From: Gammaproteobacteria bacterium | GTDB taxonomy: Bacteria; Pseudomonadota; Gammaproteobacteria; Steroidobacterales; Steroidobacteraceae | NCBI GenBank assembly: GCA_037200125.1 | Contig: JBBCGS010000002.1 | Coordinates: forward strand, 763,488-827,487 | DNA: 64,000 nt | Direction: 5' to 3' | In this document: piece by piece, positions 30,219-39,080 of the stretch | How positions within the stretch are numbered: the first letter of the stretch is position 1 | How the letters are laid out: every line of letters starts with the position of its first letter | Program-made: the position numbers and the translations under genes | Notes under the pieces: model-generated | What the model was told of the DNA's origin: nothing | The model's database searches: none | What the model saw: only the letters and a program-made list of their open reading frames with translations

Positions 30219-30956
30219 TCAAGGCTCTCCGGCGAGTTTCATTTCTGTCTGGGGCGGATGAGAGGCTTCGTGGAGGTAAACCGCCAGCGCGCGAATCTCC
30301 ACGAGACTCAGCGCCCTCCGCCATCCGGGCATGATGTGGCGCTGACCGTTGTAGATGGCATTGAAGAGCGCCTGCCGGTCGCCCCCGCTGTTCCACACAT
30401 TAGCGGTCAGATCCGGCGCCCCGTAATCCGTATTGCCGCGTCCATCCGGTCCGTGGCAATCGAAGCAACCCGCCGCTCCAAGAAACAGCTCGCGTCCGTC
30501 GGCGGCGGGCGCCGGCTGGAAGGCACGCCCGCTGAGTTGCAGGACGTACTCGACGACACTCTGGATCTGGGCGCTACTCAAGACTCCCGTCAGCCCGAAG
30601 GCAGGCATCGAGGTTATGTCGCGCCCCTTCGACTCTCCGGAACGAATGCCATACAACACGGTGCGTTCGATGTCGTAGACGTCGCCGCTGCCGTAGAGGG
30701 AAACGGCGTCGACGAGGTTTGGAGCGCCCAGGTCCGACCGGCCGCGCATGTCCGCGCCGTGGCAGGACGCGCAATGTTTCGCATACACGGGTGCCGCTTC
30801 GTCGGCGGCGAAGCGTACAAGGGCGGGGTCCGAGGCGGCAGCATTCGGCAACACTGACAGGAGGCGGTCTTCCATGCGAGCGTGCCGACCGTACAGCAGC
30901 GCGGCCACGACGGAGATGGAAATCAAAAGGACCAACAGTGCCGCGGTCTTTATCAC
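30219..30956 (-). CDS. Dihaem c-type cytochrome
   Basis: Two CxxCH motifs (CASCH, CFDCH) after an N-terminal membrane anchor/signal (VIKTAALLVLLISISVVAALL). GTG start at 30956. Its stop abuts the SurA-like start. Confidence 0.75.
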   Translation of the reverse strand: MIKTAALLVLLISISVVAALLYGRHARMEDRLLSVLPNAAASDPALVRFAADEAAPVYAKHCASCHGADMRGRSDLGAPNLVDAVSLYGSGDVYDIERTVLYGIRSGESKGRDITSMPAFGLTGVLSSAQIQSVVEYVLQLSGRAFQPAPAADGRELFLGAAGCFDCHGPDGRGNTDYGAPDLTANVWNSGGDRQALFNAIYNGQRHIMPGWRRALSLVEIRALAVYLHEASHPPQTEMKLAGEP

Positions 30957-31013
30957 GATCTGCGATGCCCTACACTCTGCGCTACTATACCGCGCCGCCC
31001 TACCGTAGCACCC

Positions 31014-32987
31014 ATGGTCACCCCCGAAACGGATCACACGAAGTCGGCCGAGCTCGTAGTGCCTCGCTCTCATCGCCTCGTGCGACGACTGGCCATGGTG
31101 TACGGAGCTCTCGCCCTCGCGATGGCCGGGCTGCTGTGCGCGGACGCGTTACCGCGCGGGATCGCGCTCCAAGCCGTCGCACATGAAGCGATCGTAGGTG
31201 GGCTCGCCGGGACGGTGCTGCCAACGCTGCTCCTTGCGTTGGCCGGCTTGCTCGGCACTCTTGCGCTGACGACCGCACGCTTCCGCTCCGGATCGCCCGC
31301 CGCCGCGAACGCCCGCTGGTCGCGACTTCTGCAGAACCCCGGATCCGCAGCGCGCCTCGGCCAGGCAGTCGTCATACCCGCCAGCGCGGTAGTCATCTAC
31401 GTGGTCGTGCGCTTGCTGTGGCCCGGCTCTGCTCCGTCGGTCAGCTCCACGAGCGCCAACATCGGTGGCGCGCTCACCTTCGCGCTGACGTTCACTTCAC
31501 TGGTCGCACAACGCACGATCGCGGAGTTCCCGGAACCGCAGTTGCCGGAAGCGCCGGCGCTACGTCGCTTGCTCCTTCTCGTGACCGTCCTGCTCGGAGT
31601 CGCCGCCTGTATCGAACTCGGTCGTGGCGCGATGCTCGATTGGGTGCGGTGGCCGCAGTACGCGATTGCGGTAGTCACGGTCCTGATTGCCGTTGAGCTT
31701 TCGCTGCGCGCGTTCGCACGCCTGTTCCTGCCGAGCCCTGCCGCCGCGAAGGCCAGAGCGGTGGTGGATAGCGTTCTGGTCGCTGCGCTCACGGGCCGCC
31801 CACGCTCACCCGGCTCGTTGTTACGCACCCACCTGGGCCTCGACTTCGCGCGCAGCTGGGCTCTCTCCTTCCTGAGCGCCGCCCTCCTGCCCGCGCTGTT
31901 GATCACGGCGTTGTTCTGCTGGGGCCTCACCGGATTGAAGCTCGTCGATCTCGGACACCGCGGTATCTACGAACGCTTCGGCGCCCCGGTCGAAGTGCTC
32001 GGCCCGGGTTTGCACCTGATACTGCCATGGCCCTTTGGGCGCCTGCGCCCCGTCGAGTTTGGCACCATTCACTCCGTGGCCATCGGCGTGGACAGCATGG
32101 CAAAGGACGACGCGCAGCAGATCGGTGCGGAAGATGTCCCGCAGGCCAGCCTGAATCGGCTGTGGGAAACCGCGCATTCCGGTCAGGCTTACTATCTCAT
32201 TGCGAGTCTCGGCAGCGGCCAGCAAGGCTTCCAAAGCGTCGCCACCGAGATCAGCGTGCTGTATCGGGTCGGGTTGTCGGACGAAGCAGCCCTGCAGTCG
32301 AACTACGCGGTCGCCGATCCCGAATCGCTGATTCGACAAGCGGGCAGCCGCATGGCGCTGCGCTACTTCAACTCCCGGACGCTCGAGTCGGTGCTCGGCG
32401 CGAGTCGCGAGACGGTGGCCGCCTCGATGCGTGACGCCCTCACCGCGGACGTGAACAGTCATCGCGCGGGGCTCGAAATCGTCTCCGTGCTGATCGAGGA
32501 AATCCATCCGCCCGCTGGCGCCGCCGCGGCTTATCACGCCGTGCAGGCGGCGCAGATCAACGCGAGCGCGAGCATCTCGAACGAGCGGGGGCGCGCGAAG
32601 CGCGTGGCCGGCGTCGCTCAGCAGGAGGCGCACCAGCTCACCGCGTCCGCCGATGCCACCGCCACCGAACGGTTGCGCGCGGCCGATGCCGATGCGTACC
32701 GTTTTGCCGCCGAGCGTCGAGCCCATGCGGAGGCCGGTCAGGCGTATCTGTTCGAGCGCTCGCTCACCGGCCTGCGGGCGGCGCTCGCGCAGAAACCGCT
32801 GATCCTGATCGATCATCGCCTGAGCGCGGCGCAAGCGCCGATCTTCGACCTGCGCTCCGCCGAACAGCAGAACGATACGTCCAGCGACCCGCTCAACGAG
32901 CTGCTATCGCCGCCGCCCGCGCCGGAAGGCGGCATACCGCCGAGCGCGCGCGAGCCGTTCGGGCCCGAGGCGCGGCCGTCGAAATGA
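31014..32987 (+). CDS. SPFH/band-7 (HflK-like) protein with large N-terminal polytopic membrane domain
   Basis: About 330 aa with 8 or more hydrophobic helices. Then an SPFH domain (LKLVDLGHRGIYERFGAPVEVLGPGLHLILPWPFGRL...) and an HflK-type Ala/Glu/Arg-rich coiled C-terminus. Confidence 0.75.
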   Translation: MVTPETDHTKSAELVVPRSHRLVRRLAMVYGALALAMAGLLCADALPRGIALQAVAHEAIVGGLAGTVLPTLLLALAGLLGTLALTTARFRSGSPAAANARWSRLLQNPGSAARLGQAVVIPASAVVIYVVVRLLWPGSAPSVSSTSANIGGALTFALTFTSLVAQRTIAEFPEPQLPEAPALRRLLLLVTVLLGVAACIELGRGAMLDWVRWPQYAIAVVTVLIAVELSLRAFARLFLPSPAAAKARAVVDSVLVAALTGRPRSPGSLLRTHLGLDFARSWALSFLSAALLPALLITALFCWGLTGLKLVDLGHRGIYERFGAPVEVLGPGLHLILPWPFGRLRPVEFGTIHSVAIGVDSMAKDDAQQIGAEDVPQASLNRLWETAHSGQAYYLIASLGSGQQGFQSVATEISVLYRVGLSDEAALQSNYAVADPESLIRQAGSRMALRYFNSRTLESVLGASRETVAASMRDALTADVNSHRAGLEIVSVLIEEIHPPAGAAAAYHAVQAAQINASASISNERGRAKRVAGVAQQEAHQLTASADATATERLRAADADAYRFAAERRAHAEAGQAYLFERSLTGLRAALAQKPLILIDHRLSAAQAPIFDLRSAEQQNDTSSDPLNELLSPPPAPEGGIPPSAREPFGPEARPSK

Positions 32988-33040
32988 GGACGCGCGATTT
33001 CATGAAGGCCCTTTACCCGACCGCCGCCGAGCCATAAGTC

Positions 33041-34153
33041 ATGTCCAACGATCACACCGCACGGCCTCATGATGATGACGATCACGATCATGACCATGAC
33101 CATGACCATGACCATGACCATGACCATGACCATGACGATGATCACGACCACGATCATGATGACGATCATCACGGGTTCGGCGCGCCGGCGCGCATTGGTG
33201 TCGCCGCGGCCATCCTGGTCGCCGCCGTTGCGGCGGCCTGCATCGTCATGATCCCAGCGGGCGAAGCGGGCGTTATCACGCGATTCGGTAATCCGAGTCG
33301 CGTCGTCACCGATCCCGGGCTCGCGTGGAAGTTACCGGTTCCCTTCGAGAACACGATTCCCATCGATCTGCGGCTGCGGACCACCTCCACCGGCTTGCAG
33401 GATGTGGGAACACGTGACGGTCTGCGCGTGCTCGTGCAGGCATACGTCGCGTGGCAGGTGCCCAACGATCCGCAGCGTATACGGCAGTTTCTGCGCTCGG
33501 TGCGCAACCAGCCGGACGAAGCCGCGCGCCAGCTGCGCAGCTTCGTGAGCGCGGCCATGCATATCACCTCGAGCAACTTCGAGCTCAGCGAGCTCGTCAA
33601 CGTGAGCGCCGACCGGGTTCGTCTCGAAGCGTTCGAGAACCAGCTGCGCGAGCAGGTTGCGCCTCGCATGCTGGAGGTCTACGGCATCGATATCCGCCAG
33701 GTCGGCGTCGAGCGGATGACGCTCCCCGATGAGACGCTCGCGGCGACCGTCGAGAGAATGCGCGCCGAACGAGAAACCGTCGCGGCCGAACGTACCGCCG
33801 AAGGTTTGCGGCAAGCCGCCGCCATCCGCGCCGATGCGGACCGCGATGCGCGCAAAGTAGTGGCCGAAGCGAAAACCCAGGCGGCACGTACCGAGGCCGA
33901 TGCGCAACAAGCGGCCGCGCGCACTTACGCGAAGGCTTATCAGACGGATCCGGGGCTCTACACCACGCTGCGTTCGCTCGATTCGATGAATCAGGTCATC
34001 GGCCGCAACACGAGTGTCGTGTTACGGACAGATGCCGCGCCGTTTCGAGTGTTGGTCGATGGCCCCGCAGGCGCAGGTGGACGTGCAAGCACCTCAGTAG
34101 CCGCGGGGGCGCCTGTCGCTGCAGCCGACGCGGCTAAAAAGAAGACGCCGTGA
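33041..34153 (+). CDS. SPFH/band-7 (HflC-like) protein with N-terminal (His-Asp)n metal-binding tract
   Basis: N-terminus MSNDHTARPHDDDDHDHDHDHDHDHDHDHDHDDDHDHDHDDDHHG, then a TM helix, an SPFH domain and an HflC-like coiled-coil tail. Confidence 0.85.
   Translation: MSNDHTARPHDDDDHDHDHDHDHDHDHDHDHDDDHDHDHDDDHHGFGAPARIGVAAAILVAAVAAACIVMIPAGEAGVITRFGNPSRVVTDPGLAWKLPVPFENTIPIDLRLRTTSTGLQDVGTRDGLRVLVQAYVAWQVPNDPQRIRQFLRSVRNQPDEAARQLRSFVSAAMHITSSNFELSELVNVSADRVRLEAFENQLREQVAPRMLEVYGIDIRQVGVERMTLPDETLAATVERMRAERETVAAERTAEGLRQAAAIRADADRDARKVVAEAKTQAARTEADAQQAAARTYAKAYQTDPGLYTTLRSLDSMNQVIGRNTSVVLRTDAAPFRVLVDGPAGAGGRASTSVAAGAPVAAADAAKKKTP
33068..33175. repeat. GATCAY/GACCAT hexanucleotide repeat encoding (His-Asp)n
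   Basis: Directly visible (gatcacgatcatgaccatgaccatgac...). The antisense 'MMIVIMIVVV..' ORF 32813..33172 is a translation artefact of this repeat. Confidence 0.9.
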
Positions 34154-35244
34154 ACGAGCCGGCGCACACCGCTGGCGCGGGCGAACACCCGGAGCGGGTG
34201 GGACCGCCCCCGGTACCACCACCGGGTCCGATCGCGCAGTCCGTCGCCATCGGTTTTCGCGCGGTGTATGTGGCGGGCGTTTTGCTCCTGTTGCTCTGGT
34301 TGTTGAGCAACGTGCACGAGATCCCCTCCGATAGTCAGGCGGTCGTGCAGCGATTCGGTCGCATCGTCCGAACCAAGGAAGCGGGGCTGCTGATTGCCTG
34401 GCCGCGGCCCATCGAGCAGATCCGGCTACTGCCCGGGCCCGACAGGCAACTGAGCCAGGAAGTCGGAACGTTGCCGCCGGCAACGGAAAAGGCGCGAAGC
34501 CTGGTGGGGCCATTCGCCAAGACACAGTCGATGCCGGCGAATGCCTCGGCGTATCTCACCGGCGATGGCAACGTCGTACTCCTGAGCGCGGCGCTGATCT
34601 ATCGCATCAGTGACGCGACCCGCTACTCGCTAGCGCAGACGCACGTGTCGCCGGCGCTCGATCGCCTCTTCCACTCCGCAACGGTGCGCGTCACGGCGGG
34701 ACGGAACCTGAATGACTTTCTGGTCGTACAGACCGGCAGTCAAGGGGCCAACAGCGCCGCGATAGCCCTGCGCAGCGAAGTGCGCGACGCGCTTCTGCAA
34801 TCCATGAACGCGCGCCTGCATGAGCTCGCGAAAGGCGGCGCGTCCCTTGGAGTCGAAGTCGAACGCATCGACATGACTGCCTGGCTGCCTCCGCAGGCCA
34901 AATCGGCATTCGATGCGGTGCTGATCGCCACCCAGGCCGCCGATCGCGGCGTGGCGGTTGCGCGTACCGACGCGGAGCGGCGCCGGCAGGAGGCCAATCG
35001 CCTTCGCGATCAGTTGTTGAGCGGAGCGCAGGCCACCGCGCAAGAACTGCTCAGCAGCGCAAGCGTGAACACCGCGGGCATCCTCGCGCTCGAGCAGGAA
35101 GCAACGCCCCAGACACGCGGCACACTGCTCTTGCGGGAGTATCGTGAGCAGGTCACCAACATCATGAACCGCGCCGGATCGGCCACACTGGTCGATCCGC
35201 AAGGCGGAACGCGCCTCGTACTACCGGGAAGAAAAGCCAAATGA
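34150..35244 (+). CDS. SPFH/band-7 (HflK-like) protein
   Basis: ATGA overlap with the previous gene. N-terminal TM (AVYVAGVLLLLLWLL), an SPFH domain and an Ala/Arg/Glu-rich C-terminal region. Confidence 0.8.
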   Translation: MNEPAHTAGAGEHPERVGPPPVPPPGPIAQSVAIGFRAVYVAGVLLLLLWLLSNVHEIPSDSQAVVQRFGRIVRTKEAGLLIAWPRPIEQIRLLPGPDRQLSQEVGTLPPATEKARSLVGPFAKTQSMPANASAYLTGDGNVVLLSAALIYRISDATRYSLAQTHVSPALDRLFHSATVRVTAGRNLNDFLVVQTGSQGANSAAIALRSEVRDALLQSMNARLHELAKGGASLGVEVERIDMTAWLPPQAKSAFDAVLIATQAADRGVAVARTDAERRRQEANRLRDQLLSGAQATAQELLSSASVNTAGILALEQEATPQTRGTLLLREYREQVTNIMNRAGSATLVDPQGGTRLVLPGRKAK

Positions 35245-37193
35245 GCGGCATGCACCATCTGTCTTCCGCCGCCGGTCATCATGGCCCGCGCCCCGGAGCA
35301 CTCCTCAACCGCGTCGAACGGCTGATGCTCGGGTTGCGCTTGTCGCTCGCCCTCGCGGCGCTGTGCCTGCTGCTCGTGGCGACGGCGATCAGTTACTTCC
35401 TGCCTTCCGAACGAGGCATCGCGGAGCTCGTCGCCGGCATCGCCGCCGCGCTCGTTGCGGTTCCGGTTTTTGTCGAGGCATGGGCGAGCCTGCGCCACCC
35501 GAGCCTGCACGGCATTACGGATCGTCTCGTCGCGCTGGCGCTCATCGCCGCGTGGGCGACCGGCGATCTCATGACCGCCGCGCTGTTGCCCATCATCATG
35601 ACCGTGGGCCATGTGCTCGAAGAGCGCAGCATGCTGGGCTCCCACGAAGCCGTGAAAGCACTCACGCGCCTGACCGCCGGCGATGCCCGTCGTCTGTTGC
35701 CCGGCGGGGCTACGGAAACGGTTCCGAACGAGCAGCTGCGTGTCGGCGACGTCATCGAGTTGCGTGCCGGCGAACGCGTGCCGGCGGACGGAGTCATTCG
35801 CAAGGGCAACTCGAGCCTCGACCTGGCATCGCTCACCGGTGAGTCGGTGCCGGTCGAAGTGCACGAAGGCGACGCCGCGCTGGCCGGCGCGATGAATCTC
35901 GACGGCCTGGTGCACCTCGAATTGACTCGCGTGGGCCAGGAAAGCACGGTCGGCCGCATCATCGAACTGATGCGCGAAGCCGAACATGCCAAGCCGCCGG
36001 TAACGCGACTCCTGGACCGCTATGCCGGGCAATACATGACGCTGGTGCTGCTGGTGGCCGGCGGAACGTGGCTTCTGAGCGGCAACGTGCCGGCGATGCT
36101 CGCGGTGCTGGTGGCTTCTTGCCCGTGCGCACTGGTTCTCGCGGCACCGGCAACCGCCGTGGCGGCGATCGCGGTGGCCTCCCGGCACGGCATCCTGATC
36201 AAGGGCTCGGGGTTCCTCGAGCACCTCGCGGATGTCTCCTCCGTCATCTTCGACAAGACCGGAACGCTGACCACGGGCGAGCTGCGCATGGCCGCGCTGG
36301 TGCCGGCCGAAGGCGTCGACCCCAACGCGCTTCGACAGCTTGCCGGTAGCCTGGGCGCCGGGAGCAACCATCCGCTCAGCCGCGCCGCCGCCGCGGCGGT
36401 TCCCAAATCCGAACGTCTCGTGATCGACGACGCGCGCGAGCTTGGTGGATTCGGCGTCACAGGCCTCTATGCCGGCGAAGTGGTGGCGCTCGGCCGTGCC
36501 GACCTCTTCGAACGCATCTCGGTGGCGGCGCCTCCTCCGCCCTCGCACAACGGACCGATCGCCGGCGTGAGCCGCGACGGACGCTTCCTCGGCTGGCTGC
36601 TCTTTTTCGATCAATTGCGCGTGAGCGCGCAAGGCGCCGTTCAGGATCTGAAGGGGCTCGGCATCGAACACATGGTGCTGCTCACGGGCGATCGCGAACC
36701 TGTCGCGCGGCAAGTGGCGGACGAGATCGGCATTCAGGAGATCTGGGCCGACATGCTGCCCGAGCAGAAAATGGATCGGGTGATGCACGAGATCAAGATC
36801 GGCCACCGCCCGATGGTGGTCGGTGACGGTATCAACGATTCGCTCGCGCTGCGCGCGGGCGCCGTGGGTGTCGCGATGGGGACGCAGGGCGCCGATGTGG
36901 CGCTCGCCTCCGCCGATATCGCACTGATGACCAACGATCTGCGGCGGCTCGGCACCTGCATCCGCCTGAGCCGGCGCTGCCGGCGCACGATCTATGTGAA
37001 CGTCGGGGTCGGGCTGGGATTCACTTTCGGGCTGATCGTGCTGTCCGGGGCGGGTGTTCTGGGACTGCAGGCGCCGATCATCGCGGCGCTGCTCCACAAC
37101 GTCAGCACCTTCATTGGGCTCGGGAACGCGGGCCGGCTGCTGTTGTTCGATGAGACGCAGACCGCAAATGCGGCCCCGTCGACGCATGGCTAA
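35241..37193 (+). CDS. Heavy-metal-translocating P1B-type ATPase, short P1B-4-like form (no N-terminal HMA domain); predicted Co/Ni/Zn exporter
   Basis: ATGA overlap with the upstream SPFH gene. TGES, SCPCAL in TM6, DKTGTLT, GDGINDS. The C-terminal helix HNVSTFIGLGNAGRLL resembles the P1B-4 HEGST..N..RLL signature. 650 aa with no CxxC metal-binding domain. Confidence 0.88.
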   Translation: MSGMHHLSSAAGHHGPRPGALLNRVERLMLGLRLSLALAALCLLLVATAISYFLPSERGIAELVAGIAAALVAVPVFVEAWASLRHPSLHGITDRLVALALIAAWATGDLMTAALLPIIMTVGHVLEERSMLGSHEAVKALTRLTAGDARRLLPGGATETVPNEQLRVGDVIELRAGERVPADGVIRKGNSSLDLASLTGESVPVEVHEGDAALAGAMNLDGLVHLELTRVGQESTVGRIIELMREAEHAKPPVTRLLDRYAGQYMTLVLLVAGGTWLLSGNVPAMLAVLVASCPCALVLAAPATAVAAIAVASRHGILIKGSGFLEHLADVSSVIFDKTGTLTTGELRMAALVPAEGVDPNALRQLAGSLGAGSNHPLSRAAAAAVPKSERLVIDDARELGGFGVTGLYAGEVVALGRADLFERISVAAPPPPSHNGPIAGVSRDGRFLGWLLFFDQLRVSAQGAVQDLKGLGIEHMVLLTGDREPVARQVADEIGIQEIWADMLPEQKMDRVMHEIKIGHRPMVVGDGINDSLALRAGAVGVAMGTQGADVALASADIALMTNDLRRLGTCIRLSRRCRRTIYVNVGVGLGFTFGLIVLSGAGVLGLQAPIIAALLHNVSTFIGLGNAGRLLLFDETQTANAAPSTHG

Positions 37194-37262
37194 CGATCTG
37201 GGCTAACGATCTGGGCTAACGATCTGGGCCAAGGATTCGGCTAGCGATTCTGGCCCATCGTC
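37185..37262. repeat. 13-bp direct repeat GGCTAACGATCTG x3, followed by 2 degenerate copies
   Basis: Directly visible: ggctaacgatctgggctaacgatctgggctaacgatctgggccaaggattcggctagcgattctggcc. It spans the 3' end of the ATPase gene and the convergent junction with cbtA. Confidence 0.8.
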
Positions 37263-38086
37263 CTCTCGCCGACGTAGCCGAACATCACGCCGATCGAGCC
37301 CCAGAGAACCGTCTGCAGCCCGATCGAGGCAACGCGGAAACTCCACAGCGTGTCGGCTGGGAAGCCGACCGGCACTTCGTTGATCGTGGGCAGAACGGTG
37401 AAGGCGAGCGCGATCACGACGAGGTACACGCCCACCGCCGCGACCGAGCTATTCCAGGCGCCGTGGCGCGCGAGCAGTCGCCGCCGCGTCATCCACGCGA
37501 CGACGGTCGCGGCGATCGAGATCGCGACCATGAGGAAGTAGAGGCCGGTTCGCAGCCGGATGGTGTCGGGCTCGCCCACCGCGGGCGGATTGGCCGGATA
37601 CTTGAGCGCCGGCACGAGATACACCGACAACAACCCGAGCGCGGAAAGCAGCGCCGCCGTGGGGCCCGCCGAGATCGCGCCGATACGCCCGTATGCCAGC
37701 GCGAACAACACCGCGAACAGGCAACCCAGGCCCGCACCGACAACCACCAGTCCGGTGAGAAGACCGATGCCACTCTGCACCGTTCGACTGAAGATCTCAG
37801 TCTCTTCATCGCCGTGATGGTGACCCGCCGGCTCCGCGGCGGCCGCTTCGGCGGCCTCGTTGTGATGATCGGCAGGCTCGGTGCCGGCTGGCTCGGCGGC
37901 CTCGGCCGCTTCATGGTGGTGACCGGCCGCTTCGGCTCCCGCCTCTTCATGCGCTTCGGAGTGCGCGGATTCGAAGGCGATAGCCGTTTCCACCTGCGCC
38001 TCGCCAAAGGCTCTCGCCCACCCGAAGGCCAGCAGCCCGGCCGCGATGCCGATGATCAACCCGAAAAGAATGAGCCGACCGACCAT
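37241..38086 (-). CDS. cbtA: Cobalt transporter subunit CbtA
   Basis: About 280 aa membrane protein with a His-rich loop (AAGHHHEAAEA...ADHHNEAAE...AGHHHGDEE) and a TM layout typical of CbtA. It follows cbtB. Confidence 0.78.
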   Translation of the reverse strand: MVGRLILFGLIIGIAAGLLAFGWARAFGEAQVETAIAFESAHSEAHEEAGAEAAGHHHEAAEAAEPAGTEPADHHNEAAEAAAAEPAGHHHGDEETEIFSRTVQSGIGLLTGLVVVGAGLGCLFAVLFALAYGRIGAISAGPTAALLSALGLLSVYLVPALKYPANPPAVGEPDTIRLRTGLYFLMVAISIAATVVAWMTRRRLLARHGAWNSSVAAVGVYLVVIALAFTVLPTINEVPVGFPADTLWSFRVASIGLQTVLWGSIGVMFGYVGERTMGQNR

Positions 38087-38120
38087 GGTTAGTTTTCCTG
38101 CTTGCGCGTCTGATGCTGGG

Positions 38121-38357
38121 CTAGTGGCAAGGAAAGCCGAGCAGGTGGCGGGCGTCGTGCACGAACTCGTGCACCCCCATGCCGCTCACGACCGACGTCG
38201 CGCCCTGCTCCGCACCCACGAAGTAGTAAGCGAAAACCATGACCAGACTTCCGAGGACCGCCCACGGCATGACTTTCCTGACGGGAATCGCAACCGGCGC
38301 GGCGGCGGCTGGGGCGGCGGCGGCGGCACTTTGTTCGGTGGGTGTGGCCATAGGCAT
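38121..38357 (-). CDS. cbtB: Cobalt transporter subunit CbtB
   Basis: 78 aa with a single TM (VMPWAVLGSLVMVFAYYFVG) and a C-terminal His-rich end (HEFVHDARH). It sits immediately upstream of cbtA. Confidence 0.72.
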   Translation of the reverse strand: MPMATPTEQSAAAAAPAAAAPVAIPVRKVMPWAVLGSLVMVFAYYFVGAEQGATSVVSGMGVHEFVHDARHLLGFPCH

Positions 38358-38462
38358 TTCCTCAGGAAAAATGTGGAAACAAGTTTAAGGCGGAAAATTC
38401 CTGTCGCCGCGGGATAATGCGCGCTCAGCGCCGCCAGCGCCCACTACGTCCATTAGACGAAC

Positions 38463-39047
38463 ATGGCTCCTCGAATAACCCTCATCTGCCATGCGACGAC
38501 TCGCGCGCTTCGCTCAGCCACGTTCGGCGGCGATGACTCGCTCGACGACATCGGCAAGAAGAAGGCGGAAAGCCTGGCCGGTTCCCTCGGCCGGGTCGAC
38601 CAGTGCTGGACCAGTCCCGCTCACGCGGCACGCGAGACCGCCGTCGCCCTTGACTTAACGGCGAACCCGGACGAGCGCCTGCGCAACTGCGATTTCGGGC
38701 GCTGGGAAGGCCTGCGCTTCCAGCAACTGCTGTTGCGCGAGCCGCGCAAGCTGGTGCGCTGGATTCGCGATCCGAGCTCGGCACCGCATGGGGGCGAATC
38801 CATCCCGCAGGTTCTCGAACGGGTGGCGGCATGGATGCATGAGCGCAGTCGCGACCCGGGCCATACTGTGGCGGTGACCCACGCCGCCGTGATCCGCGCG
38901 GCGATCGTCCACGTGATCCAGGCGCAGGTGCCCTCTTTCTGGCGCATCGATGTATTGCCGCTATCCCGCACGGAGTTCCGCACCAATGGGCGGCGCTGGG
39001 TGCTGCGATCACTGGCTTCCATGACTGGGGGCGACGATGCGGGCTGA
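38463..39047 (+). CDS. Histidine-phosphatase (phosphoglycerate-mutase) family protein, CobC/alpha-ribazole-phosphatase-like, with atypical RHG motif (CHA)
   Basis: ITLICHATTRAL...GLSPLGR-like region and a C-terminal VAVTHAAVIRA (second catalytic His). 194 aa. Divergent from cbtB. Confidence 0.6.
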   Translation: MAPRITLICHATTRALRSATFGGDDSLDDIGKKKAESLAGSLGRVDQCWTSPAHAARETAVALDLTANPDERLRNCDFGRWEGLRFQQLLLREPRKLVRWIRDPSSAPHGGESIPQVLERVAAWMHERSRDPGHTVAVTHAAVIRAAIVHVIQAQVPSFWRIDVLPLSRTEFRTNGRRWVLRSLASMTGGDDAG

Positions 39048-39080
39048 GTTCGTTATCCGTCTGAAAGGTCAAGGCGCCCA

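Noticed and set aside
32813-33172. Minus-strand ORF 'MMIVIMIVVVIIVMVMVMV...'
   Set aside because: It is an antisense translation of the (His-Asp)n repeat.
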